Virus record (IMG/VR): IMGVR_UViG_3300020042_004399
Span: 1-25,477 of that record
Source: a virus
Taxonomy: Duplodnaviria; Caudoviricetes
Reading direction: 5' to 3' (one strand)
Length of the DNA: 25,477 bases
The position numbers and the translations under genes are program-made. The notes below the pieces were generated by a model. It was not told the DNA's origin. It searched no databases and was given only the letters and a program-made list of their open reading frames with translations. Each line of letters starts with the position of its first letter. The stretch's first letter is position 1. Shown piece after piece: positions 1-9,290 of the stretch.

Positions 1-1475
1 TTGACTATTTAGGAACTGGAGTTGAATTAGTAAGCGTTGGAACTTCGCTTGTTGGCGACACGGTGTTAATGGAGTTCAATGCTCCAGATATGAAGCAAAT
101 TGATTTCATGACATCGATTCAAAAGATGTTCAACCTTGTATTCGTGGCTGACAAGACGCTACCGAATACGCTACGCGTTGAACCAATGGTTGAGTACATT
201 GCAAGCGGAAACACGCTCGATTGGTCGCAGAAGTTAGACTTGTCGAAAGACATTATGTATTCGCCAACTACCGACTTACAAAAGGCGAAATTCACTTTCA
301 CCTATACCGAAGACGGCGACTATTTCAATTCAGTCTACAAAGACAACGGACGCATTTATGGACGTTATGAAGTAACAGAAAGCGACTTCGAAGTAATTAA
401 CGAGTTTGCGACAGGCGAAGAAAAAGTTGAATTAGCATTTGCGTCGACACCTTCCGCGCCTGTAGAAAATACAGATGTCGTTGTGCCTAAATTCTTAAAT
501 GCAGAAGGTCAATTCGTGCAACCTAAACCGCGCATCCTTTACTACTTCGCTGACTTCTTTGTCAATATGTACGACGAAGTTTCGGACACGGTAATTCAAA
601 CGGCTGTCAAGTGTCTAAACAACTACTCGACAATGAACGCGACGGTTACGGATAACGACCTAAACTTTGCTCCCGAAGTACCTATTCACACAATCGTTGC
701 GAACCCATACAACAACCTATACAATCGTTGGTGGCGCAACTATTACCGCGAACTATTCGACGGTCAGGCGCGCATCTTAGAGGGAATGTTTGCGCTAACA
801 TTAAACGACGTTTTTACGTTTCAATTCAGCGACAAAATATGGATAATAGATTCTTATTGGCGCGTAATGGATATTCAAGGGTACGTCGTTGGTGAACAAG
901 ACCTAACGAAAGTTAAACTTATTCGTGTTCTTGACATCGACAACGGCTGCGACATCGTGCCTGTATCTGCTAACTTAGACCAGTCGTTAAATTGGGAAAC
1001 ACCGAACGGAGATCCTGCAACAGTAACGCAAGACTGTTGTGTACGTTTTGGCTACAATTGGAACAGCGCGAAGAATGATTGTTTTTCGCAGCCAAACAAC
1101 GGAACGCGTTCCTTCATTACGCAACAAGTTCCTTCGTTAGCACCAACACGATTCGGTGCGCCTGTGAGCTTCAATGGTTCAATCACGCAACCAGTTAGAA
1201 CAATAACGACCGACTACGTTATAACAAATTTCGACAGAATGATTTTCGCAGATACGACGGCAAACGGAATAACTATTTACTTGCCTTCCGCAACGACAAC
1301 GGCAGGACGTGAATTGATTATTCAACGCGTTGTTTCGGGTGCTAATCCGCTAACGGTACAAGCATACACAGGAGAAACGGTCGAAGGTAGCGGAAGCGTT
1401 ACGCTAAGCGCAGCAGGTGACACAATAACAATAATAAGTAATGGAAGCGACTTCAAAGGAACATCTACAAAATAA
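1..1475 (+). CDS. Tail tip/hub-type structural protein with C-terminal fibre-like domain (5' truncated)
   Basis: The frame is open from base 3, so the true start lies upstream of the window. It has a Cys-containing linker and a beta-rich C-terminus (TDYVITNFDRMIFADTTANGITIYLPSA) and lies next to the tape measure gene. Confidence 0.65.
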   Translation, partial: DYLGTGVELVSVGTSLVGDTVLMEFNAPDMKQIDFMTSIQKMFNLVFVADKTLPNTLRVEPMVEYIASGNTLDWSQKLDLSKDIMYSPTTDLQKAKFTFTYTEDGDYFNSVYKDNGRIYGRYEVTESDFEVINEFATGEEKVELAFASTPSAPVENTDVVVPKFLNAEGQFVQPKPRILYYFADFFVNMYDEVSDTVIQTAVKCLNNYSTMNATVTDNDLNFAPEVPIHTIVANPYNNLYNRWWRNYYRELFDGQARILEGMFALTLNDVFTFQFSDKIWIIDSYWRVMDIQGYVVGEQDLTKVKLIRVLDIDNGCDIVPVSANLDQSLNWETPNGDPATVTQDCCVRFGYNWNSAKNDCFSQPNNGTRSFITQQVPSLAPTRFGAPVSFNGSITQPVRTITTDYVITNFDRMIFADTTANGITIYLPSATTTAGRELIIQRVVSGANPLTVQAYTGETVEGSGSVTLSAAGDTITIISNGSDFKGTSTK

Positions 1476-1659
1476 GGCAGGCGCAATGGTCGCCTGTTTA
1501 GAGTTCATAAAATTGAACATGAAAAGCAACAGCGAGTTCGGACGCATCGCGAACGGCAAGCGGAAGCTACAAATGTGGAAGCACTACGCTTGGAAAGTAA
1601 CGCGCATTTCCGTAAACGTCGCCTTTTGGATATTTATTATTTATAAACTACTATCTTAA
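1441..1659 (+). CDS. Small hypothetical protein with C-terminal hydrophobic helix
   Basis: 72-aa ORF filling the gap and abutting the tape measure ATG. C-terminal ISVNVAFWIFIIY. Start uncertain (alternative ATG at 1486). Confidence 0.6.
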   Translation: MEATSKEHLQNKAGAMVACLEFIKLNMKSNSEFGRIANGKRKLQMWKHYAWKVTRISVNVAFWIFIIYKLLS

Positions 1660-3585
1660 ATGGCGAATACAATAGATTTTAACGTAAGCACCAACGCGGT
1701 CACCGTCCTTAATCAGACGACAGACGCAGCGGAAAAGACAGCGAAAGGATTTACAAGCGCGAAGGCTGAATTGCGTGCGCTGAATAATCAGTTATTGCAA
1801 ATGGATTCTTCAAGCGAGGAGTTCAAAAAAGCATCTGCGCGTGCTGCCGAGTTGAAGGATAACATTTCCGACTTGTCAGCAGAGATTAACGCCAACGCGG
1901 GTAACGCTTTTGAAGGTCTTTCGAACAACGTTGGATTATTTGGTAGTCGTCTTATGGACTTAGACCTTAAAGGCGCAGGACAAGCGCTTACTGCAATGGG
2001 TGGCGCAGTTAGTCGTATTGATTTTAAGACGCTTAAAGATGAGGTTGGTGGTTTGATTCAAGGCTTTGCAAATCTTGCTAAATCTATTTTAGCCAATCCG
2101 ATTTTATTGCTTGCTGGTGCTATTGCTTTGGTAGTTATGAACATGGATAAGTTGCGAAAAGCAATGCCTGGTCTTGACGCTGCAATGGGTGGTCTTACTG
2201 AAAAAATGAAGGCAGCAGCCAAAGCAAACGAAGCGTCTTTGAAGTCAAGACAATTAGAGTACGATCTTATTATGGCTTCATCAGCTTTGATGAAGGAACA
2301 AGGAATGACTGACAAAGAAATACTACTTGCTCAAAAAGAAAAAGCAAAGGTATTACTTGAGCAAAAGAAAATTACAGACGCTCAAAACATTGCTAACGCA
2401 AAAGCAGATTTACAACGCAACGAGAATCTGAAAATGGTTCTTAAAGGTATTCAAGAAGTTGGTCTTGCTATTCCTAAATTGATGTCGTTTGTTTTCGACG
2501 CTGTATTCGCTAAGGCAAAAGATTTGTTGTCGTATGTTGGTATTACAATAGACACTTCGTTTAGTGCTTACGACACAATAGCAGGCGCGCAAATGGTGGT
2601 ACTCGATGCAATCTTTGGAAATACGCAAGAACAATTAAGCGCTATAACGGAAATGGAAAACCAAGCGTTGTTAAGTCAAACACAATTAGCCAACACTATT
2701 GCTCAAACAGGTTTAGATATCAAGAAGATTGAAAAGGATAATGCGAAAGATGGTGAAAACGCAAAGAAACAAGCTGAAAAAGACGCAGAAGAAGCGAAGA
2801 AAAGAGCAAAGGATTTAGCAGATTTTCAAAATGCAACACGTCAAGAAAGATTAAACGATGAAGAAAGAATTGCAGAAGAAATTTATCAATCATCTTTAAC
2901 AGCACAAGAGAAAGAAATTGACGCCGTACGCAATAAGTATTTTGAGTTAATCACACTTGCTGAGTATTACGGTCAAGATGCTACTTTAATAAAAGAAGAA
3001 CAAGCGAAAGCAGAAGCCGAAATAAACAAAAAGTATTCAGATGCAGAAATTGAAGCGGCAAAGAAAACAGCAGATGAAAAACTTGCAGCAGAACAAGCCG
3101 CTTTCAACGCACGAATTGGTCTTGTTTCAAGTGGGTTAGATTCTTTGGTTGCGTTAAACGACGCATTTACAAAGAAGGGACAACAACAATCTAAAAAACA
3201 ATTTCAAATTAACAAAGCATTGAATCTCGCGTCTGCTGTTGTAGATACTTACGGCGGTATCAATAGAGCGTTAAACGACAAGACAATGCCTTCAACAACG
3301 GCTCGTATTATTCAAGCGTCAATCGTTGGAGCAATGGGACTAGCTAACGTGTTAAAGATTAGCAAGACGGAATATGGAAACGCAAGCGCACCTTCGGGAA
3401 CAAACATGAGCGCAGGCGGTGGCGGTGATAACGGAACAACAGCTCCTTCACCTACGAACTTCGCCTTCTTGCAGAACCAACCCAACCAACAACCACCGCT
3501 TCAGGCATACGTCGTTGGAACGCAGGTGTCGAGCAACTTAGAGGCGCAACAATTAATTCAAAACCAATCTCGCTTAGGCGGTTAA
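1660..3585 (+). CDS. Tail tape measure protein
   Basis: 641 aa, Ala/Lys/Glu-rich and helical, with the hydrophobic ANPILLLAGAIALVV motif and a P/Q-rich C-terminus ending PLQAYVV..V, typical of TMPs. Confidence 0.8.
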   Translation: MANTIDFNVSTNAVTVLNQTTDAAEKTAKGFTSAKAELRALNNQLLQMDSSSEEFKKASARAAELKDNISDLSAEINANAGNAFEGLSNNVGLFGSRLMDLDLKGAGQALTAMGGAVSRIDFKTLKDEVGGLIQGFANLAKSILANPILLLAGAIALVVMNMDKLRKAMPGLDAAMGGLTEKMKAAAKANEASLKSRQLEYDLIMASSALMKEQGMTDKEILLAQKEKAKVLLEQKKITDAQNIANAKADLQRNENLKMVLKGIQEVGLAIPKLMSFVFDAVFAKAKDLLSYVGITIDTSFSAYDTIAGAQMVVLDAIFGNTQEQLSAITEMENQALLSQTQLANTIAQTGLDIKKIEKDNAKDGENAKKQAEKDAEEAKKRAKDLADFQNATRQERLNDEERIAEEIYQSSLTAQEKEIDAVRNKYFELITLAEYYGQDATLIKEEQAKAEAEINKKYSDAEIEAAKKTADEKLAAEQAAFNARIGLVSSGLDSLVALNDAFTKKGQQQSKKQFQINKALNLASAVVDTYGGINRALNDKTMPSTTARIIQASIVGAMGLANVLKISKTEYGNASAPSGTNMSAGGGGDNGTTAPSPTNFAFLQNQPNQQPPLQAYVVGTQVSSNLEAQQLIQNQSRLGG

Positions 3586-3595
3586 AAAAAACAAT

Positions 3596-4183
3596 ATGAA
3601 AAAAATTAAAGTAATTGAATACGGAATCGACGACGCTGGTCTGTTGGGCGTGTTCGCGATAAGCGTTGTTGAACAACCTGCAATCGGTGTTGACTTCGTC
3701 GCACTTTCAGAACAACACTCTGTAAAATTCAAAGAAGATTTCAGAGGTCTTTTGTATGGAGCGTTACTTATTCCCGATCAACTCATTTACAGACGCGACG
3801 ACAAGACCGAAGAAGAATACTATGTGAAGTATTCGAAGGACACCATTCGCGCTATTGCTTACAACTACTTAAAGCAAAACATGACCAACAACGCAACGGT
3901 TGAACACGCGAAAGTTGTTGAAGGTGTTTCGCTTGTTGAAACATGGATCATTGAAGGCGAAAACGACAAGTCTAAAAACTTCGGCTTCGACCTACCGGAA
4001 GGCACTTGGTTCGGTTGCATGAAAGTCGAGAACGACGACGTGAAGCAACAGATACAAAACAAAGAAGTGTTGGGTTTCTCAATCGAAGGAAACTTTGCCG
4101 TTGAGAAAGAAATGTACATGAGTAAGCACGACGAATTTGCTGCCATTCTTGACGAAATAAACGAACTTCTAAAAGGCGAGTAA
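3596..4183 (+). CDS. Prohead protease, XkdF-like
   Basis: Motifs GALLIPD, TVEH, VETWII, PEGTWF and GFSIEG (His and Ser catalytic motifs); sits upstream of scaffold and capsid genes. Confidence 0.85.
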   Translation: MKKIKVIEYGIDDAGLLGVFAISVVEQPAIGVDFVALSEQHSVKFKEDFRGLLYGALLIPDQLIYRRDDKTEEEYYVKYSKDTIRAIAYNYLKQNMTNNATVEHAKVVEGVSLVETWIIEGENDKSKNFGFDLPEGTWFGCMKVENDDVKQQIQNKEVLGFSIEGNFAVEKEMYMSKHDEFAAILDEINELLKGE

Positions 4184-4359
4184 TGAATATCGAAGCAGGT
4201 GGTTTCCTGAAGTTGGAACTATTCAACGATGACGCTACTCTGTTTCTTAACGCACTCACCAAGATAACGGACGAGAGCGGTAAAATGGGTTTTAAGACGT
4301 ACGGATTGGACGAAGACGAAGTAAGGGTACTGAACACCATTCTTGAAAATTTAGGATAA
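4183..4359 (+). CDS. Hypothetical 58-aa protein (not in ORF track)
   Basis: TAATG coupling to the protease stop; MNIEAGGFLKLELFNDDATLFLNALTKITDESGKMGFKTYGLDEDEVRVLNTILENLG*. Confidence 0.65.
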   Translation: MNIEAGGFLKLELFNDDATLFLNALTKITDESGKMGFKTYGLDEDEVRVLNTILENLG

Positions 4360-4388
4360 AAAAAACGGAGGGTAACTACTCCCTCCGT
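4358..4388 (-). terminator. Intrinsic terminator oriented for minus-strand transcription
   Basis: Perfect 8-bp stem ACGGAGGG (4365-4372) / CCCTCCGT (4381-4388) with an A-run at 4358-4365, which is a U-tract on the minus strand. Confidence 0.75.
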
Positions 4389-4430
4389 CAAACCTAAAAT
4401 CAAATTCAACCTATGAAAAAGCGAATTACG
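4358..4430 (-). ncRNA. Candidate ~70-nt small RNA
   Basis: Bounded by a minus-strand Bacteroidota promoter and a minus-strand terminator, with no plausible ORF inside. Confidence 0.5.
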
Positions 4431-4433
4431 AAA

Positions 4434-4466
4434 CAAATATACCTCTTTTTATATATACTAATCAAA
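4434..4466 (-). promoter_or_regulatory. Bacteroidota housekeeping-sigma promoter TTTG-N21-TATATTTG
   Basis: Plus-strand CAAATATA at 4434-4441 and CAAA at 4463-4466. Confidence 0.6.
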
Positions 4467-4484
4467 CAAACAATTAACAGAATT

Positions 4485-5042
4485 ATGAACTTAAGAGAAA
4501 AAGTAAACGCTCTTTTCGCTAAACACAATGTTAGCCTATCTGCTGAAGAAGTAGTTGAGGTGAAGCAAATGGTTGAGGCGATACTTGAGGACGGAACAAG
4601 CATCTATTCAGACAGCGACGTTTGGGCTGCTGGTGTTCGTGTATTCGGCAAAGACGCAGACGGAAACGAAGTCGCGTTAATGGACGGAGAATACAAGACC
4701 GCAGAAAGCATCATCGTGGTTGTTGCTGACGGTGTTGTGACCGAATTGAAACCAATGGAAGAAGAAGCTCCAGAGGTTGAAGTAGTAATCGAAGAAGAAC
4801 AATCTTCGACTGAATCACTAAGCGCAGAGGTTGAAGGACTTTTGTCGTTAGTTGCAAAGTTAGAAAGCGAACTTTCAGAAGCTAAAAAAGCGAATGAGAA
4901 TCTTTCTTCTGAAGTAACAAAATTAAGCGCACAGCCTGCCGCTACTTCTATTAAAGAAGTAAAGCAAGCAAAACAAACACCTTCTAAGCCATATCACAAA
5001 ATGAGCGCAGAAGAACGTTTCTTATTCAATCTTAAAAAATAA
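4485..5042 (+). CDS. Capsid scaffolding protein
   Basis: Very acidic with a C-terminal coiled coil, between protease and capsid genes. Start moved to ATG 4485 (MNLREKV), which follows an A/C-rich leader. Confidence 0.7.
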   Translation: MNLREKVNALFAKHNVSLSAEEVVEVKQMVEAILEDGTSIYSDSDVWAAGVRVFGKDADGNEVALMDGEYKTAESIIVVVADGVVTELKPMEEEAPEVEVVIEEEQSSTESLSAEVEGLLSLVAKLESELSEAKKANENLSSEVTKLSAQPAATSIKEVKQAKQTPSKPYHKMSAEERFLFNLKK

Positions 5043-5060
5043 AAAAACAAACAATAAAAA

Positions 5061-5963
5061 ATGGCTACTACAACAAGTTTAACTACGACCTACGCAGGTC
5101 GTGAAGCGGCAGGATATATCCGCGCTGCATTTTTAAGTAACGAGTCTTTGGCTGCGGTTACAATCAAAGAGAACATCGAATACAAGCAAGTTGTTCGTCG
5201 TTTAGTTGACGACGTAACTTTCGCAAATGCTACTTGTGACTTTACAGCAACAGGAACGGTAACACTTTCCGAGCGTATCTTAACACTTGAAAAATTCCAA
5301 GTTCACAGACAATTGTGCAAAAATACGTTTTTAATCGATTGGGAATCGCGTTCAGAGCAGAACAACGAACTTCACGCTTCTTTGAGTGATGCTTTAATTG
5401 CTAACGTAATGGCAGGTGTTGCAGCACGCAACGAGGTCTTGATATGGCAGGGTGTTAACGCTAACGCTGGTGAGTACGCAGGTTTCGAAACTTTGTTCTT
5501 GGCTGACGGAAATGTTCTTGATGTATCTTCTCCTGAAGCTATCACTTCTGCAAATGTTATCGAGGAAATGGGACGTTTAGTTCTTACCCTTCCAACGCGC
5601 GTTCGTCGTGCAACTGAGAAGCCTGTTATCGCGGTTTCTTCAAACGTTGCTGAAGCATACAGAAGCGCAATTCTTGGTCTTGGTGGTGGTTACTACTTGT
5701 ATCAAGGAGAATCAGTTGTAATGAACTGGCAGGGACAGTATGACGTTATCGAATGTCCTGGTATGTCTGACGACACAATGGCTTTCTATCAGAAGTCGAA
5801 CCTATGGTTCGGTACTAACTTGTTAGACCAATGGAACACCGTTGCGCTTTTGGATATGTACCAATACGACCTTTCTGACAACGTTCGTTTCGCTTGTTCT
5901 TTCTTCGCAGGTGTACAATACGGTTTCGGTGACGAGATTGCATTCTACCAATATACTGCCTAA
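5061..5963 (+). CDS. Major capsid protein
   Basis: 300 aa after the scaffold gene; N-terminal TTTYAGREA..YI, CDFTATGTVTLSER and IWQG motifs resemble Bacteroidota phage capsids; biased codon use; followed by a terminator. Confidence 0.8.
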   Translation: MATTTSLTTTYAGREAAGYIRAAFLSNESLAAVTIKENIEYKQVVRRLVDDVTFANATCDFTATGTVTLSERILTLEKFQVHRQLCKNTFLIDWESRSEQNNELHASLSDALIANVMAGVAARNEVLIWQGVNANAGEYAGFETLFLADGNVLDVSSPEAITSANVIEEMGRLVLTLPTRVRRATEKPVIAVSSNVAEAYRSAILGLGGGYYLYQGESVVMNWQGQYDVIECPGMSDDTMAFYQKSNLWFGTNLLDQWNTVALLDMYQYDLSDNVRFACSFFAGVQYGFGDEIAFYQYTA

Positions 5964-5990
5964 TCAATACCATTCTAACCCTTGCATAAT

Positions 5991-6022
5991 AGAGGTAGCG
6001 GCATAAACACCGCTCCTCTTTT
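5991..6022 (+). terminator. Hairpin terminator/attenuator after capsid gene
   Basis: AGAGG(T)AGCGG / CCGCTCCTCT stem with one bulge, followed by a short T-run. Confidence 0.6.
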
Positions 6023-6044
6023 GTGCTAATAAAAACATACAAAT

Positions 6045-6557
6045 ATGGCATGTGAATTAAGCACAGGTTTTACACTCGATTGCAAAGACGGCATCGGTGG
6101 AATTAAGCAAATCGTTTTGTTGGATCAAAATTTAGTTACAGGTATAACCTTAGACGGTTCTGAAATAATCACAGCAATTGCTGGTCCAACAGATGCAGAT
6201 TTGTATACTTACGAATTACCTACTCAAACAGGATCGTTTGAAGAAACAATCAACTTCAATCGCGATGCGGGTACTATTTTTTACACGCAGACGGTGAACA
6301 TCATGTTAAACAAATTAACCGCTGCAAAGCGTCTTGAATTGCAAAGCGTTGCACAAGCTCGCGTAATTGTTTTTGTAAACGACACAAACAACAATTGGTG
6401 GGCTGTTGGTTATGAGTACGGAGCAGACCTTTCAACAGGAACAGCAGGAACTGGAACTGTGTTGGGAGATATGAATGGCTACACGTTAGCGTTCACTCAC
6501 GAAGCTGCAAAGCGCGCTTACAAATTGAGCGGAACACCTGCTTCAGTTATAGCGTAA
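6045..6557 (+). CDS. Major tail (tube) protein
   Basis: 170 aa with MAC...DCKD.IGGIK start, FYTQTV and GDMNGYTL motifs; Thr/Gly-rich and directly after the capsid gene. Confidence 0.65.
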   Translation: MACELSTGFTLDCKDGIGGIKQIVLLDQNLVTGITLDGSEIITAIAGPTDADLYTYELPTQTGSFEETINFNRDAGTIFYTQTVNIMLNKLTAAKRLELQSVAQARVIVFVNDTNNNWWAVGYEYGADLSTGTAGTGTVLGDMNGYTLAFTHEAAKRAYKLSGTPASVIA

Positions 6558-6573
6558 TCAAAAAACTTTTACA

Positions 6574-6600
6574 CATAGAGGAGCAACGCGCTCCTCTGTG
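6574..6600 (+). terminator. Stem-loop after tail tube gene
   Basis: CATAGAGGAGC-AACGC-GCTCCTCTGTG (11 bp including one G-U pair); U-tract is weak. Confidence 0.5.
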
Positions 6601-6629
6601 ATGTAATTTTAACGTAAAGGAAAGATAGA

Positions 6630-7013
6630 ATGGTTTATCTCAACACAAACACAGCGAATCAATACGCGTGGCTTTCGTTAGACGAAGGACGTGCCTATTT
6701 CAACGTTGCCTTTACTCATTACCTTCTTGTCATGACTTACGAAATGACAGGTGAACAACTCGCGCAAGTGGTCGAAGTAATAAACGAGAACGAACGCGTA
6801 ACTAAAATAAGACTTACAACAGTTGGTTTGGTCGATGCAGGACGTTATCATTACGAAGTTTACGGACAAAACAGCAGTAGCAATATAGATCCTACCAACG
6901 CTTCCGTCGTTGGTTTGATTGAGAAAAGTTTAATGATACTTCAAGACGGAACAATTTTCTTTGACGTTTCTTCACCGACAATTCCTGTCGATGTAATTTA
7001 TACAGGCGCATAA
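6630..7013 (+). CDS. Putative virion protein (head completion/decoration)
   Basis: 127-aa beta-rich ORF between tail tube and portal genes; GRYHYEVY motif. Confidence 0.5.
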   Translation: MVYLNTNTANQYAWLSLDEGRAYFNVAFTHYLLVMTYEMTGEQLAQVVEVINENERVTKIRLTTVGLVDAGRYHYEVYGQNSSSNIDPTNASVVGLIEKSLMILQDGTIFFDVSSPTIPVDVIYTGA

Positions 7014-7014
7014 C

Positions 7015-8700
7015 ATGAGCAACATACAAGCAATAAATTTATCAGCATACGAACCAGTTGAAGCAATTGAAAAAGAGAATCGCGCGGGTTGGATTGACTA
7101 CGGTTTCAACAATTTATTTCCGCAGCACCTTATAACGCTTTACTACAATAGCCCTATTCATAACGCGTTGACGAACTCAATTGCTTACATGATTGAGGGC
7201 AAAGGTACCGGTACGATTCTCGACAACGCTTTACAAGGAATTGCTTTCGACTTAAAGTTGCAAGGTTCATTTTGTGCTGAGGTGATATGGTCGTTGGACT
7301 TCACTCGCATTGTACAAATCAACCACTTGCCGTTCGAAAATTGCAGACTTGCATACGACAAAGACGAAGACGACATTACAGGAATTTTCTATTCAAAAGA
7401 TTGGGCTAATACAAGAAGCAAAAAAGGCAAACCCGAATTTATTCCCGCGTTCAATCCATCCATTGCGCAAGAACAACCAAGACAAGTTATTTACGCGCAC
7501 GGCATGATGGCGGGAAGTTCGTACTACGCGAAGCCTGACTATTTCGGTGCGTTGAATTACGTTGAGTTGAGCTATCAAATGGGAATGTACCACGTCAACA
7601 ACATTTTGAATGGTTTATTCCCTTCATTCATTATTAACTTCTTGAACGGCATACCGCAGAAAGAAGAACGCGAAGCAATTCGTCGCGAATGGGAAACAAG
7701 ATTAAGCGGTGCAAGCAACGCGGGAAAGTTCTTGATGACTTTTAACGAAGATCCTTCACGCGCTCCACAGATTCAAGACTTCCCTTTGTCGGACGCTGAT
7801 AAGCAATATCAATTCTTAAGTGAAGAAACAGCGAAGCAAATTATGGTAGGACACCGCGTTGTTTCACCATTGATTCACGGCATACGCGACACGACAGGCT
7901 TCGGTTCGAACAAAGACGAAATGGTTGTTGGTTTAGAGATATTCAACAACCAAGTAATCAAACCATATCAAAGAATCATCGAGCGTGTTTTCACTCCGAT
8001 TTTGGGAGAAATAAACATTGAAATGAACTCGCCATTCAACGACGAAGTTGTTGTTGTTGAACCAACGGTGCAAACTGCTGAATTAAAAAAAAAAGTAGTT
8101 GCTGCTGAAAATGATTTTTCAGACGAACAAGGTCGTGTTTGGATTAACGCCCTAAAAGAGAAAGGTGAAGTTGTTGATTTGAACGAGTGGGAATTATTGA
8201 GCGAAGAAGACGTTACAGATCCACACAACGAAGCTAATTTCAGACAAGAATACATGAGTGTTCGCGATTACGCAAACGCTGATGAAAGGTCTCCATTTGG
8301 CGACACAGGGCTTTATAAATTACGTTATGCTTACTCGCAGAATTTGAGCGAAGACAGTCGTGAGTTTTGTCAAGAAATGGTCGGTTTATCACAATCAGGA
8401 TTGTCATTTCGTTTTGAAGACATTGAAAAAATGAGCAAAGACCCCGACATTAATCCAAACTTCGGACCAGGCGGTTCAAACACTTACGATATATTTATTT
8501 GGAAGGGTGGCGCGTTTTGTCATCACTTCTGGAAGCGTCAAATTTATATCAGAAAAAGAGATTCAAAAGGTCGTGTACTTCCAAACAACGGACTTGAAAA
8601 CGATAAGCGCGTAGGTAATAATCCATTTGTACCACAAAAAGGCGCAGAAGGTGTTGCGCCAATTAACACACCAAGCAGAGGTTCAATTAAATACTCATAA
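7015..8700 (+). CDS. Portal protein with C-terminal Cys/His extension domain
   Basis: N-terminal ~345 aa portal-like (YG.NNLFP, SPIHNA, NILNGLFPS, GASNAGKF, IMVGHRV, IKPYQ), then an acidic linker, then a domain with SREFC..M and GGAFCHHFW. Confidence 0.8.
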   Translation: MSNIQAINLSAYEPVEAIEKENRAGWIDYGFNNLFPQHLITLYYNSPIHNALTNSIAYMIEGKGTGTILDNALQGIAFDLKLQGSFCAEVIWSLDFTRIVQINHLPFENCRLAYDKDEDDITGIFYSKDWANTRSKKGKPEFIPAFNPSIAQEQPRQVIYAHGMMAGSSYYAKPDYFGALNYVELSYQMGMYHVNNILNGLFPSFIINFLNGIPQKEEREAIRREWETRLSGASNAGKFLMTFNEDPSRAPQIQDFPLSDADKQYQFLSEETAKQIMVGHRVVSPLIHGIRDTTGFGSNKDEMVVGLEIFNNQVIKPYQRIIERVFTPILGEINIEMNSPFNDEVVVVEPTVQTAELKKKVVAAENDFSDEQGRVWINALKEKGEVVDLNEWELLSEEDVTDPHNEANFRQEYMSVRDYANADERSPFGDTGLYKLRYAYSQNLSEDSREFCQEMVGLSQSGLSFRFEDIEKMSKDPDINPNFGPGGSNTYDIFIWKGGAFCHHFWKRQIYIRKRDSKGRVLPNNGLENDKRVGNNPFVPQKGAEGVAPINTPSRGSIKYS

Positions 8701-8703
8701 AAA

Positions 8704-9276
8704 ATGGCACTACAACCCGAAGTTCTACTTATTGACGAAAACTATATTAAAAAATATACATGGATTAACGGTTCAGTTGACCCTCTTTTGATGTATCCTG
8801 CTATCTATTTGGCGCAGGACAAGTACGCACAACTATATCTTGGAACTGACCTTTACAATCGCATCAAAGAAGACGTTGTGAACGACGACATCACGGGCGC
8901 ATACGCGACGCTTCTAGACAATTACTTGCGTCGAATGATAATGTGGTGGACGATGTACGAAGTGTTGCCTCATTTGTACGTTAAAACCGACAATGGAAGT
9001 TTAGTAATTCGCACAAGCGAAGACACTCAACCTATCTCACAGACCGACTTGCAAAACTATCGCGATCAAGCGCGTCAACAAGCGATGTTTTACACGCAGA
9101 GAATGGTCGACTTTTTGTGTCAGAACTCGAGCGACTTTCCAGAATACACAACGAACACAACAAACCAAATTTGGTCGCAGACAAATGTTTATCCGTCGAA
9201 CGCTTTCGAGATTAGCGACGGACGTGACAGACGACCATACGAATACAGAAGACCGGGACTTGGATGGATTAGATAA
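8704..9276 (+). CDS. Head-tail adaptor / neck protein
   Basis: 190 aa after the portal; AQD.Y...YLGTDLY and FPEY motifs fit helical adaptor proteins of such phages. Confidence 0.6.
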   Translation: MALQPEVLLIDENYIKKYTWINGSVDPLLMYPAIYLAQDKYAQLYLGTDLYNRIKEDVVNDDITGAYATLLDNYLRRMIMWWTMYEVLPHLYVKTDNGSLVIRTSEDTQPISQTDLQNYRDQARQQAMFYTQRMVDFLCQNSSDFPEYTTNTTNQIWSQTNVYPSNAFEISDGRDRRPYEYRRPGLGWIR

Positions 9277-9290
9277 CTAAAAAATAAAAC

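Noticed and set aside
4413-4484. 24-aa N-terminal extension of the scaffold from ATG 4413
   Set aside because: Reads through AT-rich regulatory sequence; ATG 4485 has a typical leader. Not fully excluded.
3865-4603. Minus-strand ORFs of 93, 154 and 65 aa
   Set aside because: Antisense to well-supported protease, small ORF and scaffold genes; no leaders or motifs.
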